64,000 nt of DNA from Pseudomonadota bacterium. GTDB lineage: Bacteria; Pseudomonadota; Alphaproteobacteria; JBCCHK01. Below, one piece after another: positions 28,403 through 39,219 of the stretch (the stretch's first letter is position 1; every line of letters begins with the position of its first letter). The translations under genes were made by a program, and so were the position numbers. The stretch lies in contig JBCCHK010000008.1 in NCBI GenBank assembly GCA_039028835.1, positions 77,463 through 141,462 on the forward strand. Reading direction: 5' to 3'. The notes beneath the pieces were generated by a model that worked only from the letters and a program-made list of their open reading frames with translations, was not told the DNA's origin and searched no databases.

Positions 28403-29761
28403 CTATATCGCTGTGCTCGCCGCCGCGCGGGGTATCTTGCGCTGGACGAGAAAGACCGCGACCGCAAGGGTGAGGAGGTCCACCGCCACGGGGCCCAGAC
28501 ACCGAGCCATCAGCAAAGACTCTAAGGTGCCATACTCGATCCGTGCGAGCTCGACCGCCGGGACGACCCCAGCAAAAATGCGCAAGTAGCCAAACAACGT
28601 AGCGATGGGCGCATAGCCTGTATTGTTATAGGTCGCGGTGGAGACATAGGCGACGCTTTCGGATAAAAAGCTGAGCGAATACCAAAAACAAAAGAAGGTG
28701 ATAACCATCATCGTGCCGCCACTCGCAGAAAAGGCAAATAAGATCGTGTCCTTTCCTATTGCGAGGATGGCCCAAACGATCAAGGTGTAGGCGATGCCGA
28801 CAAACACGCCGCTTTTGATCGAGCGCAGGACTCGATCAAAGCGTTTGCCGCCGAAGTTTTGCCCAAGCACGGGCCCGATACCGGACGAAAGAGCGAACAA
28901 ACCGCAAAAGGCAACAGGGATGATCCGGCCGATGATGGCCCAGCCTGAGATGACCTCCTCGCCAAAAGGGGCAATGCGATAGGTCATGTAAAGCAAGGTC
29001 AGTGGCGGGCCAAGGCTGGCGATAATCGCAGAAAAGGCAATTTTGGCGATGGGGGCAAGATCACCAGTACACTGGTTTGCGTTAAAGCGCGAGAGGGATT
29101 TATGGTGAAAGATGACCCAATAGCCGTGGCTGGCCATCATCGCCACTCGGGCGACCACTGAAGCATAGGCGGCACCCTCAACCCCATAGAGATAGATAAA
29201 CAAAGGATCGAGCAGCGCGTTGATGACCGCGGTGAAGGCGGCCCCGTACATGGCGCGCCGAGGATCGCCATTGGCACGGAGGATGCCGCCTAAACTCATG
29301 CCCACAGCCAGTATCGGCGTTGAGGCGGTCATGATGATTTGATACTTGAACGCCTGGCTATAGACCCGGTCTTTTGCCCCGAGCAGGTCCAAGGCACCAG
29401 GGGTGATGATGAGCATAATCACCGCCGTGACCACGCCGATGACCAGCGCAAAGACCAGGGCGTTGATCGCCAGGCGACGGGCGCATACCCAATCGCCTGC
29501 ACCAACTGCCTTAGATACGTTGGCGGTGGTAGAAATCTGCATGCCGATGCATACCGAGATCGGCAGGAACAATAAGGTGCCTGCGAATCCGACTCCTGCC
29601 ACAGAGCTGATATCGGTCATCAGCGATAGAAAAAAGATGTCGGCCAAATCGACGGAAAAGATTGCTAAAAAGCCGAGGGCACCATAAATCGAATTCACAG
29701 TGACGTGACGAAGAGGCGAGCCGGTTAAAAAGCGTGCGTCAGGGGCGGCGGGGGGCGACAT
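28403..29761 (-). CDS. MATE family efflux transporter
   Basis: VDLADIFF, AGVGFAG, LRANGD, NALLDPLFI, GVEGAAYA, GQNFG. About 12 TM segments. Confidence 0.9.
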   Translation of the reverse strand: MSPPAAPDARFLTGSPLRHVTVNSIYGALGFLAIFSVDLADIFFLSLMTDISSVAGVGFAGTLLFLPISVCIGMQISTTANVSKAVGAGDWVCARRLAINALVFALVIGVVTAVIMLIITPGALDLLGAKDRVYSQAFKYQIIMTASTPILAVGMSLGGILRANGDPRRAMYGAAFTAVINALLDPLFIYLYGVEGAAYASVVARVAMMASHGYWVIFHHKSLSRFNANQCTGDLAPIAKIAFSAIIASLGPPLTLLYMTYRIAPFGEEVISGWAIIGRIIPVAFCGLFALSSGIGPVLGQNFGGKRFDRVLRSIKSGVFVGIAYTLIVWAILAIGKDTILFAFSASGGTMMVITFFCFWYSLSFLSESVAYVSTATYNNTGYAPIATLFGYLRIFAGVVPAVELARIEYGTLESLLMARCLGPVAVDLLTLAVAVFLVQRKIPRAAASTAI

Positions 29762-29979
29762 AAAAGAACGTGAGAAAAGGTCCGGAACGTTGGAAGCGCG
29801 ATGGCTATGTTAGTATAATCAGGGCAGAAAACTCTAAGACCAAGCCCTTTTTTTATAAACCCGCGGCGAAAGCCATCCTCGATACCTCGGGTCAAGGGAT
29901 TCGATGGTGTGTCGCCTTGGGTTTGGGGGGGGCTGGGCATGTTGCCATCTTTGTCATCTGAAGTATACACACAATCACC

Positions 29980-31656
29980 ATGAAAACAGACAGACACACC
30001 GCTGGGCATGTGTTGCTGGGCATGACCCGGCGCGCCGGGTGGTACCTGCGCGACCCCTGGTGCTTGGGGCTCATGGCCCTCGCGTTGATGTTCAGTGCAC
30101 CGCTGTGGGTTGTGTTGGGCGGCGTTGCGGCGGACAGCACCCAGGTCTGGGATCATATCTGGCAAACGGTCCTGGGAGCTTACGTCAGCAACACGGCGGC
30201 CTTGATGGTGTTGGTGGCAGTTGGTTCGGGGATCATCGGATCGGTCACTGCGTGGCTGGTGTCGATGTACAGGTTCTACGGCCGGCGCGTGATGGATGTA
30301 CTGCTGGTATTGCCCTTGAGCATGCCGGCCTATGTAACCTGCTACGTTTATGTGGATCTTTTTGATCCTTTGGGGTCGGTCTATCAGGCGTGGCAGACCT
30401 TGCCGCTGCCGTCGGTCAGCCCCCTTGCGGCGGTGGCCTTGTTGATGACCTTTGCGATGTACCCTTATGTTTATTTGGCCGTGCGGGTGAGCTTGTTGAT
30501 CCAATCGCCCCATGTGGTGGAGGTGAGTCGCACCTTAGGTTGTGGCCCGTGGCAGAGTTTTTGGCGGGCGGGTTTGCCGGTCTTGCGCCCTGCGATTGCT
30601 GGCGGCATGGCCTTGGTGATGATGGAGGCGGTCGGTGATTTGGGCGCTGTGACTTTTTTGGGCTTGCCCACGGTGACGGTGGGGATTTTTCGTACGTGGC
30701 TTGGGATGGGCTCGCTTGTTGGCGCCCTTAAGTTAAGCGCTGTCGGATTGGTGATGATCTTGGCTGTCGTCATCACCGAGCGCGTCCTGCGCGGCGGGGC
30801 ACGCTATACGGCGATGGGGGCGTTAGAAGATCGTCGCTTGCCACCCAACATGACCGGCGTGCGGGGCTTGGTCATGTTGGGTGTTTGTTTTTTACCGGTC
30901 TTAGGGGGATTCTTGATTCCCCTTGGCGTGTTGATCGATCTTGCGCGCCAGGCCCCGCCGCTGCCAACCTTTTGGCAGGACACGACTCACAGTCTGATTC
31001 TCGGGTCAATGACGGCGGTGTTGGCGGTGACTATCGCGCTGGTCATGGCCTTTGGCATGCGTTTACGGCGGCACGACCGGGTGCTGGCGAGCACGCTACG
31101 GTTGGCCATTTCGGGCTATGCTGTGCCCGGGGCGATCATCGCGGCCGGGGCCATGGTTCTTGCCGGCGGCTTAATGACAAGCCCCCTCGCGCATCTGCTA
31201 GCGGCGGTGGGAATCCCTTCCCTGGTTGGATCGCTAGGGTTGTTGGTTTATGCCTACCTCGTGCGCTTCTTATCGGTGAGCTATAACATTGTCGAGGCAG
31301 CTCTTACCAAGGTCAGCGGTGATCTGGATGGGGCCGTGCGTACCCTTGGGCGCACCACCATGGATGCCCTTTGGCATGTTCATACGCCGCTGTTGCGGCG
31401 TAGCTTGATTGCCTCAGGGCTGCTCGTGTTTGTCGATGTGGTCAAGGAATTGCCCACCACCTTGATTTTACGGCCCTTTAATTTTGATACCCTGGCGGTG
31501 CGGGTCTATCAGTATGCCGGGGATGAGCGGCTTATTCCGGCATCTCATTCGGCGCTGATGATGGTTGCTTTATGTTTGTTGCCGGTGTCAATTTTGGTTA
31601 CGGTCATGGCTGAAACATCCCGCTTGGTAGATCCACGAGGCCCCCAGAACCCTTGA
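29980..31656 (+). CDS. fbpB: Fe3+ ABC transporter permease (FbpB/SfuB type)
   Basis: Two permease halves: YPYVYL, EVSRTLG, LP.LRPAI, GYAVPG, VDVVKELP.TLILRPFNFDTLA. Confidence 0.88.
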   Translation: MKTDRHTAGHVLLGMTRRAGWYLRDPWCLGLMALALMFSAPLWVVLGGVAADSTQVWDHIWQTVLGAYVSNTAALMVLVAVGSGIIGSVTAWLVSMYRFYGRRVMDVLLVLPLSMPAYVTCYVYVDLFDPLGSVYQAWQTLPLPSVSPLAAVALLMTFAMYPYVYLAVRVSLLIQSPHVVEVSRTLGCGPWQSFWRAGLPVLRPAIAGGMALVMMEAVGDLGAVTFLGLPTVTVGIFRTWLGMGSLVGALKLSAVGLVMILAVVITERVLRGGARYTAMGALEDRRLPPNMTGVRGLVMLGVCFLPVLGGFLIPLGVLIDLARQAPPLPTFWQDTTHSLILGSMTAVLAVTIALVMAFGMRLRRHDRVLASTLRLAISGYAVPGAIIAAGAMVLAGGLMTSPLAHLLAAVGIPSLVGSLGLLVYAYLVRFLSVSYNIVEAALTKVSGDLDGAVRTLGRTTMDALWHVHTPLLRRSLIASGLLVFVDVVKELPTTLILRPFNFDTLAVRVYQYAGDERLIPASHSALMMVALCLLPVSILVTVMAETSRLVDPRGPQNP

Positions 31657-31848
31657 ATGCCGTCTTCATGGGTCTTTATGTGTTTGAAGAGATACAATAA
31701 TTTTTAGCTATTTTTTTTATAAAACACGTGAAAAGAGCATTTTATTGTCACAAGACCGGGATTCTAATAGACTGGTCCCTTGTCTTTATGTCCTGGATAG
31801 GCGTATGGTTGCACAAGCTAAGGTGCTCGGAAATAGGGGGTAATCGCA

Positions 31849-32424
31849 ATGTCGAATCCAGTCGCAAGCGGCGAAGAACCGACAATTGATGAGATCGTTT
31901 CCTCGATAAAAAAAGTCATTGCCGAGGGAGGGGCTGATATCGAGGATGCGGACGACTCTCTGGCAGGTGAAGTTCCTGCTCAGACAACACCAGCAAGCGT
32001 CAGTGAAGCCGTCTTGCAACTCACCGAAGCGGACCTCAGTGCCGCACCCACGGCCACGATACCGCAACAACCCGATCCCGTAGCCCAGACAGTGAGCCCA
32101 CCACCGACAACCACGCCAGTCACGCCAGCCCCTGTAGCGACTCCGCCCAATCCGACGCCTGCCCCGACAGCCCCGCCTGTGGCCGCTCTTGCCGCCACAG
32201 GCCCTCCTGCGGTATCCTCCGCGCCAGCTACGGCCCCGCCCGCCGCGCCTACCCCGCCGTCACTCGGCTCGCCGTCCAATGCAGTGCCCGCGTCGCTGGA
32301 AGCGATGATCGCCGAGGCTCTCACGCCGGTGATTGCCAAGTGGGTGGATGCCCACCTGCGCACCCGGGTGCAGGAACTGGTGGCCGAAAGCCTTGCCGAG
32401 CATAAGGGGTCTTCTGACAGCTAA
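31849..32424 (+). CDS. popZ: Polar organizing protein PopZ (DUF2497)
   Basis: N-terminal EPTIDEIVSSIKKVI, Pro-rich linker, C-terminal SLE.MI.E.L.P.I..WVD.HL...V.ELV. Confidence 0.88.
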   Translation: MSNPVASGEEPTIDEIVSSIKKVIAEGGADIEDADDSLAGEVPAQTTPASVSEAVLQLTEADLSAAPTATIPQQPDPVAQTVSPPPTTTPVTPAPVATPPNPTPAPTAPPVAALAATGPPAVSSAPATAPPAAPTPPSLGSPSNAVPASLEAMIAEALTPVIAKWVDAHLRTRVQELVAESLAEHKGSSDS

Positions 32425-32482
32425 GTCCCGTCGATGGGGCGAGACTTATTTGATCAAGGTGTCTGGTTTTGGGAAAAGGGAA

Positions 32483-33250
32483 ATGATCGTTATGCTCACA
32501 CACCGCATCACATTAGCTGTTATGGTTTCGTCTGCCACGGCTAAGCTGGGTGGGCGGGTCAGGCGGGGCGCACCCGCACACCGTCCCATACATCGATGGT
32601 TCCACCCAAGTGTCTTGGCAGGCCCGTTGGTTGGCGTCATGGTGGCGCTCAGTGCCTTGATGATGTCAAACCTCGCGATTGCCCAGGCCGATCAGCGCAC
32701 CCAAGATCAAGCCAAAGCCTTTATTCAAGACATGCTCGATCGGGCCGAAGTATTGCTCGTCGGACAGCAAGGTTCGAACGAAACGTCAGAGAGTCTCGTG
32801 TCGAAATTGGAGGCATTTTTGCGGGAAACCTTCGATTTTAATCTGATCTCTCGGTTGGTTATCGGCCGTGCCTGGCGAGAGTTAGCCCCTGAGCAGCAAG
32901 TAAGATATCAAGAGGCCTTTGGTCGCTTGATCGTGCATCGCTACTTACGGCGGGTGACCGAACTGCGTGATATTTCCGCGACAATCACTGATGTGGTGCC
33001 CCTGGGCCGTCGGGATGTGTCGGTCGCTACGCTCGTACAGCGGGATGGCCAGCCGGATACAAAAGTCGATTGGCGGGTGCGAGTCGGTGAGCAAGGCCCC
33101 CACATTATCGATGTAACCGTAGAGGGGATCAGTATGGTGATTACCCAGCGCGATGAGTTCAGTCAGCTTATCAAAAAACGCACCTTGGATGGCTTTTTGA
33201 CCTATCTTGAGGATCAGTCGAGCGCTGTAGGGTCTTCGGGCACTTTGTGA
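32483..33250 (+). CDS. mlaC: MlaC/Ttg2D phospholipid-binding protein
   Basis: FDFNLISRLVIGRAW, VDWRV, IIDVTVEGISMVITQRDEF. Start uncertain. Confidence 0.85.
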   Translation: MIVMLTHRITLAVMVSSATAKLGGRVRRGAPAHRPIHRWFHPSVLAGPLVGVMVALSALMMSNLAIAQADQRTQDQAKAFIQDMLDRAEVLLVGQQGSNETSESLVSKLEAFLRETFDFNLISRLVIGRAWRELAPEQQVRYQEAFGRLIVHRYLRRVTELRDISATITDVVPLGRRDVSVATLVQRDGQPDTKVDWRVRVGEQGPHIIDVTVEGISMVITQRDEFSQLIKKRTLDGFLTYLEDQSSAVGSSGTL

Positions 33251-33277
33251 GTCGAGGACGGTAAGTCGAGGACGCTG

Positions 33278-33979
33278 ATGCCGCCGCCGCAGGGCAAGCC
33301 TGTAAAAATTTCCTACCGTACTGCGCGTTCTTCACAAAAACCTGGGCAAAAGCCCACGCCACTTGCGAAGGCGATTATGGCGCGGTTTGCGAAAGCACAC
33401 GCTGCACCGCGCGGTGAGCTGGATTACCACGACCCATATACCTTGCTAGTGGCGGTGGTCCTGTCCGCCCAAGCCACGGACGTTTCCGTCAATCGTGCGA
33501 CCCGCACCCTGTTTGCTGAAGCCCGCACCCCTGAGGCAATGGTAAAACTTGGTCCAGAAAACGTGCTCACACACATTCGCTCGATTGGTCTTGCGCCGAC
33601 GAAGGCACGGCATGTGATTGCCCTGTCTCGCCGTTTGCTCGATGACTTTGATGGACAGGTGCCAGCCACGCGCGAAGCTTTAGAAAGTCTGCCCGGTGTT
33701 GGGCGCAAAACCGCGAACGTGGTCCTCAACATTGCCTTTGGCCAGCCGACCTTGGCGGTGGACACCCACGTGTTTCGGGTCAGCAATCGTACTGGCTTGG
33801 CGCCAGGAAAAACCCCGCGTCAGGTGGAGGACACGCTTGTGGTCGTGATTCCCAAACGCTATCTTGACCGCGCGCATACCTGGTTGATTTTGCATGGCCG
33901 GTACGTCTGTACGGCGCGCAAACCAGACTGCGGGGGGTGCGTGATTCGTGATCTGTGTCAGTTTGAGGACAAGGCGTAA
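33278..33979 (+). CDS. nth: Endonuclease III
   Basis: LLVAVVLSAQATD, LPGVGRKTANVV, VDTHVFRV, HGRYVCTARKPDC..C...DLC (4Fe-4S). Confidence 0.96.
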   Translation: MPPPQGKPVKISYRTARSSQKPGQKPTPLAKAIMARFAKAHAAPRGELDYHDPYTLLVAVVLSAQATDVSVNRATRTLFAEARTPEAMVKLGPENVLTHIRSIGLAPTKARHVIALSRRLLDDFDGQVPATREALESLPGVGRKTANVVLNIAFGQPTLAVDTHVFRVSNRTGLAPGKTPRQVEDTLVVVIPKRYLDRAHTWLILHGRYVCTARKPDCGGCVIRDLCQFEDKA

Positions 33980-34086
33980 CCTTGGCGCTCTGCGCACGAC
34001 GACCCTTATACCTTCGCAGTAAAAAAACGATGAAAAACTATGGTTGTGGGGGTTGTTTTCCGTTACCTTGGTTCGATAACCCAACT

Positions 34087-34137
34087 CTTATCTAAGGTTT
34101 TAGCTAAGGTCTTATCTAAGGTCTCGCTTACCTTAGC
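34087..34137. repeat. 12-bp tandem repeat x3 plus an inverted partial copy upstream of sucA
   Basis: CTTATCTAAGGT-TTTAGCTAAGGT-CTTATCTAAGGT, then ACCTTAGC. Confidence 0.75.
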
Positions 34138-34155
34138 AACCATTGAGATTTTGTC

Positions 34156-37020
34156 ATGGGAGATCAAGCAAGTGATTGGGCACCAGAGAGTGCCGCGTAT
34201 ATTGCGCAACAGTATGAGCAGTTTTGTAACAATCCAGGGAGCGTAGATCCATCCTGGCAGGCCTTATTTCGTAGCCATGATAGCAGCCATGATAATGGTG
34301 CCTGGGCGCGGTGCCAGCCCAGTTGGCAAGGTCGCCCGTTTGATGCTCGGCAAGGCAACGGCCAGGCGGGGGAGATCCTTGCCAACTTAACCACGGCGGA
34401 TGCGGCTTCTGGATTGGTTCAGGCCACCCGCGATAGTTTAAGTGCCCTCATGCTTATTCGTGCCTTCCGGGTGCGGGGGCATCTTCTCGCGGATTTAGAC
34501 CCACTCAAGCTTAATCCACCATCCGAGCACCCAGAACTAGACCCCAGTTTTTACGGTTTCGCGCCGGCGGATATGGACCGGCGTATTTTCATCAATGACG
34601 TGTTGGGGATGCGCTTTGCATCCATGAAGGAGATCATCGGTGTTCTGCGAAAAACCTATTGCGGCACGGTCGGGGTGCAATTCATGCACATTCAAGAGCC
34701 CGAGCAAAAGGGTTGGCTGCAGGAGCGCATCGAGAATATCCACAACCGTACTGACTTTACCGAGCGTGGACGAATCGCGATCTATGAACGGTTGGTGGCC
34801 AGCGAGTTGTTTGAGGCTTTTTTGCATAAAAAGTTTCCAGGCACCAAACGATTTGGCTTAGATGGCGGCGAGTCTCTCGTGCCAGCCTTAGAGCAAGTCA
34901 TGAAGCGTGGTGGCCAGCTTGGCGTTGAGGAAATTGTGATCGGCATGTCCCACCGTGGGCGGCTCAATGTCCTTGCCAATGTGATGGGCAAGCCCTATGT
35001 GTCGATCTTTGCCGAGTTCCACGGCCAAGGCGATCAAGTCAACGACAGCCATGGCTCGGGCGACGTCAAGTATCACCTGGGCGCGTCCTCAGATCGGGAC
35101 TTTGACGGCAACCGGATTCACCTCTCGCTTACGGCTAACCCTTCGCACCTGGAGTGCGTTAATCCGGTGGTGGTTGGTAAAGTCCGCGCCAAACAACGGC
35201 TGCGGGGTGGTACGGCCCACAACCGGGTGATGCCCGTGTTGATGCATGGGGATGCGGCTCTCGCTGGTCAGGGGATCGTCGGTGAAACCCTTGCGATTGC
35301 TGAGCTTAAAGGCTACCGGGTTGGCGGGACGTTCCATGTCGTCATCAACAATCAGATCGGTTTTACCACCATGCCGAGTTATTCGCGTTCGGGGCCCTAT
35401 CCGACGGAAATCGGCCTGTCGGTGCAGGCGCCGATTTTCCACGTTAATGGCGATGACCCTGAAGCGGTCGTGCATGTCTCTCGGGTTGCCACCGAGTTCC
35501 GCCAACGTTTTGGCAAGGACGTGTTCGTCGATATGCTTTGTTACCGTCGTTTCGGCCATAATGAAGGCGATGAGCCACGTCTTACGCAGCCTTTGATGTA
35601 TAAAAAAATCGGCGAACATCCTACGACAGCGACCATTTATGGCCAACGCTTAGCGCAAGAAGGGGTCCTCGATGAGGCCAAGCAAGAAAAAATCCGTAGC
35701 GATTTTCTAGCCCATCTAGAAAAACAGTTTGGTGAGATCAACCGTTATAAAGCAGGTAAAACTGACTGGTTTGAGGGGGCTTGGACGGGCCTGACGATCG
35801 CCGAGAAATCCGACGTGCGTCGCAGCGGGGCGACAGCCGTAAAACAGGAAAAGCTCACCAAGCTTAGTAAGAAAATCTATACTCCACCAGAGCGTCTGAA
35901 AATCCATCCGCGCCTTAAGCGGATCATCGCTGATCGCTATAAAATGGTGATGGAAGACAAGCAGGTCGACTGGGCTATTGCCGAGGCTTTAGGATTTGCC
36001 ACCTTGCTAGATGAGGGCACGATGGTGCGGCTTTCCGGGCAAGATTCTGGACGTGGCACCTTCGCCCATCGCCATGCGGTGCTGCGCGATCAAGAAACAG
36101 AAGAAAAGTATGTTCCGCTCAATCATCTGACAAAAAAGCAGGGCTTGTTTGAGGTACACGACAGCCCCCTTTCGGAGTTTGCTGTGCTTGGGTTTGAGTA
36201 TGGCTTTACTCTTGCCGACCCGAAATCCTTGGTGCTGTGGGAAGCGCAGTTCGGTGATTTCGCCAACGGTGCTCAGATTATTTTCGATCAATTTATTTCC
36301 GCCGGTGAGAGCAAATGGTTGCGCATGTCCGGGATTGTGGTTTTGCTCCCGCACGGCTTTGAAGGGCAGGGGCCCGAACATTCCTCTGCCCGACTTGAGC
36401 GGTTCTTACAGATGAGCGGCCATGACAATTGGCAAGTCATCTATCCCACCACCCCGGCGAATTATTTTCATGCGTTGCGGCGGCAGATTCATCGTAAGTT
36501 CCGTAAGCCACTGATCATCATGTCACCGAAATCGTTGTTACGGCATAAACACTGTCGCTCGCCACTGGAGCACTTGGGTCCGGGCTGGAGTTTTCACCGC
36601 GTGCTTTATGAAGATGATGTGAAGGTTAAAAAAATCCGCCGCCTTCTGATTTGCACCGGCAAGATTTATTATGATCTGATGGCGGCCCGGGATGCGCATA
36701 AGCTGGATTCGGTCACCATCGTTCGGTTAGAACAGCTCTACCCCTTCCCCGAAGGGGCTCTGCGTGAAGAAATAGAAAAATACCCCAAGGCAAAGATCCT
36801 GTGGGTGCAAGAAGAACCAGAAAATATGGGTGCGTGGTATTTCGTTGACCGGCGGATCGAGCATATCCTGCACCAGATCAAGCACCAAGAACAACGGCCC
36901 ACTTTTGTGGGGCGCCCCGATGCGGCGTCGCCAGCCACCGGGCTGTTGTCCCGTCATATCGAAGAGCAAAACATGATTATCAGCAAAGCTCTAGATATCC
37001 CTGTTGAGAAACTCAAATAA
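34156..37020 (+). CDS. sucA: 2-oxoglutarate dehydrogenase E1
   Basis: [62 protein letters not shown]. Confidence 0.97.
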   Translation: MGDQASDWAPESAAYIAQQYEQFCNNPGSVDPSWQALFRSHDSSHDNGAWARCQPSWQGRPFDARQGNGQAGEILANLTTADAASGLVQATRDSLSALMLIRAFRVRGHLLADLDPLKLNPPSEHPELDPSFYGFAPADMDRRIFINDVLGMRFASMKEIIGVLRKTYCGTVGVQFMHIQEPEQKGWLQERIENIHNRTDFTERGRIAIYERLVASELFEAFLHKKFPGTKRFGLDGGESLVPALEQVMKRGGQLGVEEIVIGMSHRGRLNVLANVMGKPYVSIFAEFHGQGDQVNDSHGSGDVKYHLGASSDRDFDGNRIHLSLTANPSHLECVNPVVVGKVRAKQRLRGGTAHNRVMPVLMHGDAALAGQGIVGETLAIAELKGYRVGGTFHVVINNQIGFTTMPSYSRSGPYPTEIGLSVQAPIFHVNGDDPEAVVHVSRVATEFRQRFGKDVFVDMLCYRRFGHNEGDEPRLTQPLMYKKIGEHPTTATIYGQRLAQEGVLDEAKQEKIRSDFLAHLEKQFGEINRYKAGKTDWFEGAWTGLTIAEKSDVRRSGATAVKQEKLTKLSKKIYTPPERLKIHPRLKRIIADRYKMVMEDKQVDWAIAEALGFATLLDEGTMVRLSGQDSGRGTFAHRHAVLRDQETEEKYVPLNHLTKKQGLFEVHDSPLSEFAVLGFEYGFTLADPKSLVLWEAQFGDFANGAQIIFDQFISAGESKWLRMSGIVVLLPHGFEGQGPEHSSARLERFLQMSGHDNWQVIYPTTPANYFHALRRQIHRKFRKPLIIMSPKSLLRHKHCRSPLEHLGPGWSFHRVLYEDDVKVKKIRRLLICTGKIYYDLMAARDAHKLDSVTIVRLEQLYPFPEGALREEIEKYPKAKILWVQEEPENMGAWYFVDRRIEHILHQIKHQEQRPTFVGRPDAASPATGLLSRHIEEQNMIISKALDIPVEKLK

Positions 37021-37051
37021 CGCCACCGCGTCAGAACTAACGAGGTCTGAG

Positions 37052-38305
37052 ATGATTGATATTGTTGTCCCGTCACTTGGTGAATCGATCAGCGAAGCCA
37101 CCGTGTCAAAATGGTTGGTCCAGAGTAAGGAACAAGTGCGCCTCGACCAGCCGCTGCTAGAGCTCGAGACCGATAAAATCACCGTAGAAGTCAACGCCCC
37201 CAGTGCGGGCACCTTGGCTGAAATCGCGGTCAAAGAAGGCGAAAGCGTTGAGATCGGTGCTGTGCTAGGCCGGCTAGAAAAAGGGGAGGGCCCATCCGCT
37301 GCGCCGGCGAAAGACGAGCCCAAAAAAGACACAAAAACGGACACCAAAAACCAGGCGATAGACAATGAAAAGCAAGACACCAACGCTTTTCAAAGCGCTC
37401 ATGGCGTATCAGACGTAGTGAGCGCACCCAAAGGGCAAAGGGCAATGCCTGCTGCGGCCCGCCTGGCGGCTGAAAGCGGCGTGGATCTTGCCAAGGTGAC
37501 CGGCACGGGGCGGGGCGGGCGGATTACGCGCGCCGATGTGGCCGATCATGTTGCTCGCGGGGCTGAAGAGCCTTCGGTTACGCCGAGCCCGACAAGCATC
37601 GAGGCAGGCCAGACCGAACGTAAGCCGATGAGTAAGCTACGGCAAACCATCGCCTCTCGCCTCAAGCAGGCGCAAAATACCGCCGCGATTCTTACGACCT
37701 TTAATGAGATTGATATGAGTGCGTTGATGGATCTGCGGGCGCGCTATAAGGATCGTTTTGCCGAAAAGTATCAGGTCAAACTCGGCTTCATGTCGGCGTT
37801 CGTGCGTGCCAGCGTCCTCGCACTCCACGATATTCCGGCGGTCAACGCGCGGATCGATGATAAGGACATTGTCTATCATAACTATGCCAATATCGGCGTG
37901 GCAGTGAGCACCAAGTCGGGGCTGGTGGTGCCGACCCTCTTTCATGCCCAGGACATGAGTTTCCGGCAAATCGAATTGACGATCAGCAAACTGGCGCAAA
38001 AGGCCAGCGCCGGGCAGTTAAGCCTGGATGATCTGCAGGGCGGCACGTTCACCATTTCCAATGGCGGGGTGTTTGGCTCGATGATGTCGACCCCGATTTT
38101 GAATCCGCCTCAGTCGGCAATTTTGGGGATGCATGCGATTAACCAGCGTCCTGTGGCGATCGATGGTGAGATTAAAATTCGCCCGATGATGTATGTGGCG
38201 CTCTCTTATGACCACCGGATCATCGACGGCAGTGAGGCTGTTCGATTCCTCGTGCGCATCAAAGAACTGATCGAAGACCCCGCCCGTCTGGTGCTAGAGG
38301 TCTAG
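37052..38305 (+). CDS. sucB: Dihydrolipoamide succinyltransferase E2
   Basis: Lipoyl ETDK, E3-binding [20 protein letters not shown]. Confidence 0.97.
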   Translation: MIDIVVPSLGESISEATVSKWLVQSKEQVRLDQPLLELETDKITVEVNAPSAGTLAEIAVKEGESVEIGAVLGRLEKGEGPSAAPAKDEPKKDTKTDTKNQAIDNEKQDTNAFQSAHGVSDVVSAPKGQRAMPAAARLAAESGVDLAKVTGTGRGGRITRADVADHVARGAEEPSVTPSPTSIEAGQTERKPMSKLRQTIASRLKQAQNTAAILTTFNEIDMSALMDLRARYKDRFAEKYQVKLGFMSAFVRASVLALHDIPAVNARIDDKDIVYHNYANIGVAVSTKSGLVVPTLFHAQDMSFRQIELTISKLAQKASAGQLSLDDLQGGTFTISNGGVFGSMMSTPILNPPQSAILGMHAINQRPVAIDGEIKIRPMMYVALSYDHRIIDGSEAVRFLVRIKELIEDPARLVLEV

Positions 38306-38339
38306 GTCGCCATCAAATAGAAATCTTATAGAAAGCCGG

Positions 38340-39032
38340 TTATTCGGTATTGGCCGGCGGATCGGAGGCTGGGCTGGCGCGGCGATTGCGCTGGCGTGGC
38401 TTTTGGTAAGCCTCTAATTGGTGTGCATCGCAATAGGTCGCTTCGGGCGATACCGTCGCGCCACAAAAATAGAAATCATCATGCCGAGGGTCACCGTAGG
38501 GCCAGCGACAGGTCACATCGGTTAAATCTTCTAATCTTATTTTGGTCGCTTCTTTTTTTTCTGGTTTGCTCTTACTTAAGCGTAATCGGTGCAATTTACC
38601 GATTACCGAATTGCGCGTCGTGTTACCCAAGGCTGTGGCAATATCCCGCGCTGACCACCCGCGCCCCCACAATTCTGCCAGCTTGCGCACCTGATCGTCG
38701 GTCCAGGGTGAGTTTTTGGATTTTTTCTCGCTTTCTTGGCTTGTGGGCTTTTCTTGGGTTGGTCTGGAGGCATGCTTTTTGACCGCTGCAAGCTTTTGCG
38801 TGGCGGTTTTCGTAACCCTATCCACGGCGGCTTTTGCGATGGTTTTCGCTGTTGTTTTGGCGGCTGCCTTTGTTGTGGCTTGTGACGTCGATTTTGGTGC
38901 CACCTTTGCCCCCCCTTTGGCGGAAGATGTCGTTGCCGTTTTCGTTGCGGGTGACTTTTTCACCGGCGTTTTGGCGACGGTTTTGGGTTTTGGTGAGGCT
39001 TTTTTAGTCGTGTGAGTCGCTTTTTCAGCCAT
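38340..39032 (-). CDS. gcrA: Cell-cycle regulator GcrA with long Lys/Ala/Thr-rich N-terminal extension
   Basis: WTDDQV..L..LW..G.SA..IA..LG.TTRNSVIGK.HRL, and C-terminal CRWP.GDP....F.FCG......YC..H...AYQ. Confidence 0.92.
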   Translation of the reverse strand: MAEKATHTTKKASPKPKTVAKTPVKKSPATKTATTSSAKGGAKVAPKSTSQATTKAAAKTTAKTIAKAAVDRVTKTATQKLAAVKKHASRPTQEKPTSQESEKKSKNSPWTDDQVRKLAELWGRGWSARDIATALGNTTRNSVIGKLHRLRLSKSKPEKKEATKIRLEDLTDVTCRWPYGDPRHDDFYFCGATVSPEATYCDAHQLEAYQKPRQRNRRASPASDPPANTE

Positions 39033-39145
39033 AGATCTAAACCAACGTGAGTACAGGAACAGGTGCCCATCATGCCACAACTGCACTGGTTTGTGTAAAG
39101 GTTTGTGTATGGATTGGGGTACGGTTTTGCTGCTAAGAAAAAAAG

Positions 39146-39163
39146 CGTATATTAACTTATACG
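39146..39163. promoter_or_regulatory. Palindrome in the gcrA/fha divergent promoter region
   Basis: CGTATA-TTAACT-TATACG, which contains a TTAAC CtrA half-site. Confidence 0.35.
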
Positions 39164-39219
39164 GGTAAAATATTTTTATAATACTCTTTTTAGACTATTT
39201 CGTCTTTCTCAGTAGGACT

